From Nemertoderma westbladi (lineage: Eukaryota > Animalia > Xenacoelomorpha), in assembly GCA_032718475.1 (NCBI GenBank), contig JAUCBJ010008198.1, positions 1 to 64,000 on the forward strand: DNA of 64,000 nt, written 5' to 3'. Made by a program: the position numbers and the translations under genes. The notes beneath the pieces are model-generated. The model was given only the letters and a program-made list of their open reading frames with translations, was not told the origin of the DNA and did no database searches. Positions 63,097-64,000 of the stretch are shown one piece after another. The stretch's first letter is position 1. Each line of letters opens with the position of its first letter.

Positions 63097-64000
63097 TATT
63101 ACCGGTTAATATGTCATAAGAAATAACACCATAGCATATAATAATATAAGTAGGCTTATAGGTAAGGTGGGCCTAATCTAATACTACAAAAAACAGCAGT
63201 TTACTATTAAAATACTGAAATATGTAATGGAGTACTGGTTTTGCAGTAAATGCGGTCTGTTAGGCCTATTAGCATATCTAATCTATCAACTTAACGTTAG
63301 CTTTACAGTTAGCACCAGTACCTATATATCTGCTTTGAAAAATATCAATATTGTCCGGAATTTGAATATGAAACGTAATAGGAAACATAGTAATTGTCCA
63401 TAATTTGAACACCCTGTCCGGAATTGCCTGGTGGCCGGAATTTGGCTAGTTAACCCTATGCAATCAATTTAATCTGTTAATTTCAAACAATTTACTTCGT
63501 AACGTACTAGACAGCTAGATGTAACGTGATTAAATTCTGTAGTTATTTTATCTTACATAAACATTAAGGGCATTACTGCAGTAGCCAGTAGGACAGTTTC
63601 ATAAGTCCTGTGAGCCTGTCCCTATACAGCTATAGGGCTGTAGGGGGTAGGCAAACCGGTAAAGAAAATTTGATTTTGTACTATTGTATTTGAATTTCCC
63701 TCTCCCTTTACGAATGAACCTTCCCCAAACCCCAAAATAACAATACATTTTTAATCTAAATTAATTTTTAATTTACAGTATAATTTTCTTTCATCAAGCC
63801 TACATTTCATTCATTTATTTATTTTAAAATGTTATATTCTTTTTCTTTCATTCATTTATGCTGGTATCAATCTTACAAATAGGGGGTGGGTCTATCGAAT
63901 CAACGCAATTACCAAACGATAAATTTGTTTAAATTTAACTAATTAGCAAAGAATGTTTTAATTATAACTAAGGCAAACATAATGAAGAAAGGGAGCGGGG

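Larger units (their letters stand above)
60370..63456 (-). mobile_element. Pogo/Fot1-like DNA transposon, internally deleted, with TIRs and TA TSD
   Basis: TA|GGGTTAGCTCGCCAAATTCCGG ... CCGGAATTTGGCTAGTTAACCC|TA; subterminal TCCGGAATT repeats; transposase remnants inside. Confidence 0.88.

Overview
Repeat-dense, AT-rich eukaryotic DNA, probably from an invertebrate animal (spliceosomal introns, LINEs, BEL/Pao LTR element, MITEs). It is not prokaryotic and has no CRISPR array. Three host genes lie on the minus strand: a compact Stealth/GNPTAB-like phosphotransferase split by an 875-bp hAT-like insertion, three 3' exons of UTP14, and a single-ORF long-form tRNase Z (ELAC2). Mobile DNA includes the 3' half of a BEL/Pao pol followed by an apparently spliced accessory zinc-knuckle gene and a candidate PPT/LTR. 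There are also two copies of a composite unit (38-bp palindromic satellite, BEL gag remnant, 33-bp satellite), an RTEX-like LINE interrupted at its YAD(D) motif by a CR1/L2-like LINE, RTE fragments, Helentron/HINE-like elements, several MITEs and an internally deleted pogo-like transposon with a PHD finger. The three best leads are: (1) the hAT-like insertion whose TIRs supply an in-frame GT...AG pair (introner-like); (2) the extra spliced triple-CCHC gene downstream of the BEL/Pao integrase; (3) the duplicated satellite-gag-satellite cassette, with about 6 versus about 290 copies of the 33-mer. All family assignments come from motif recognition by eye; no searches were run.
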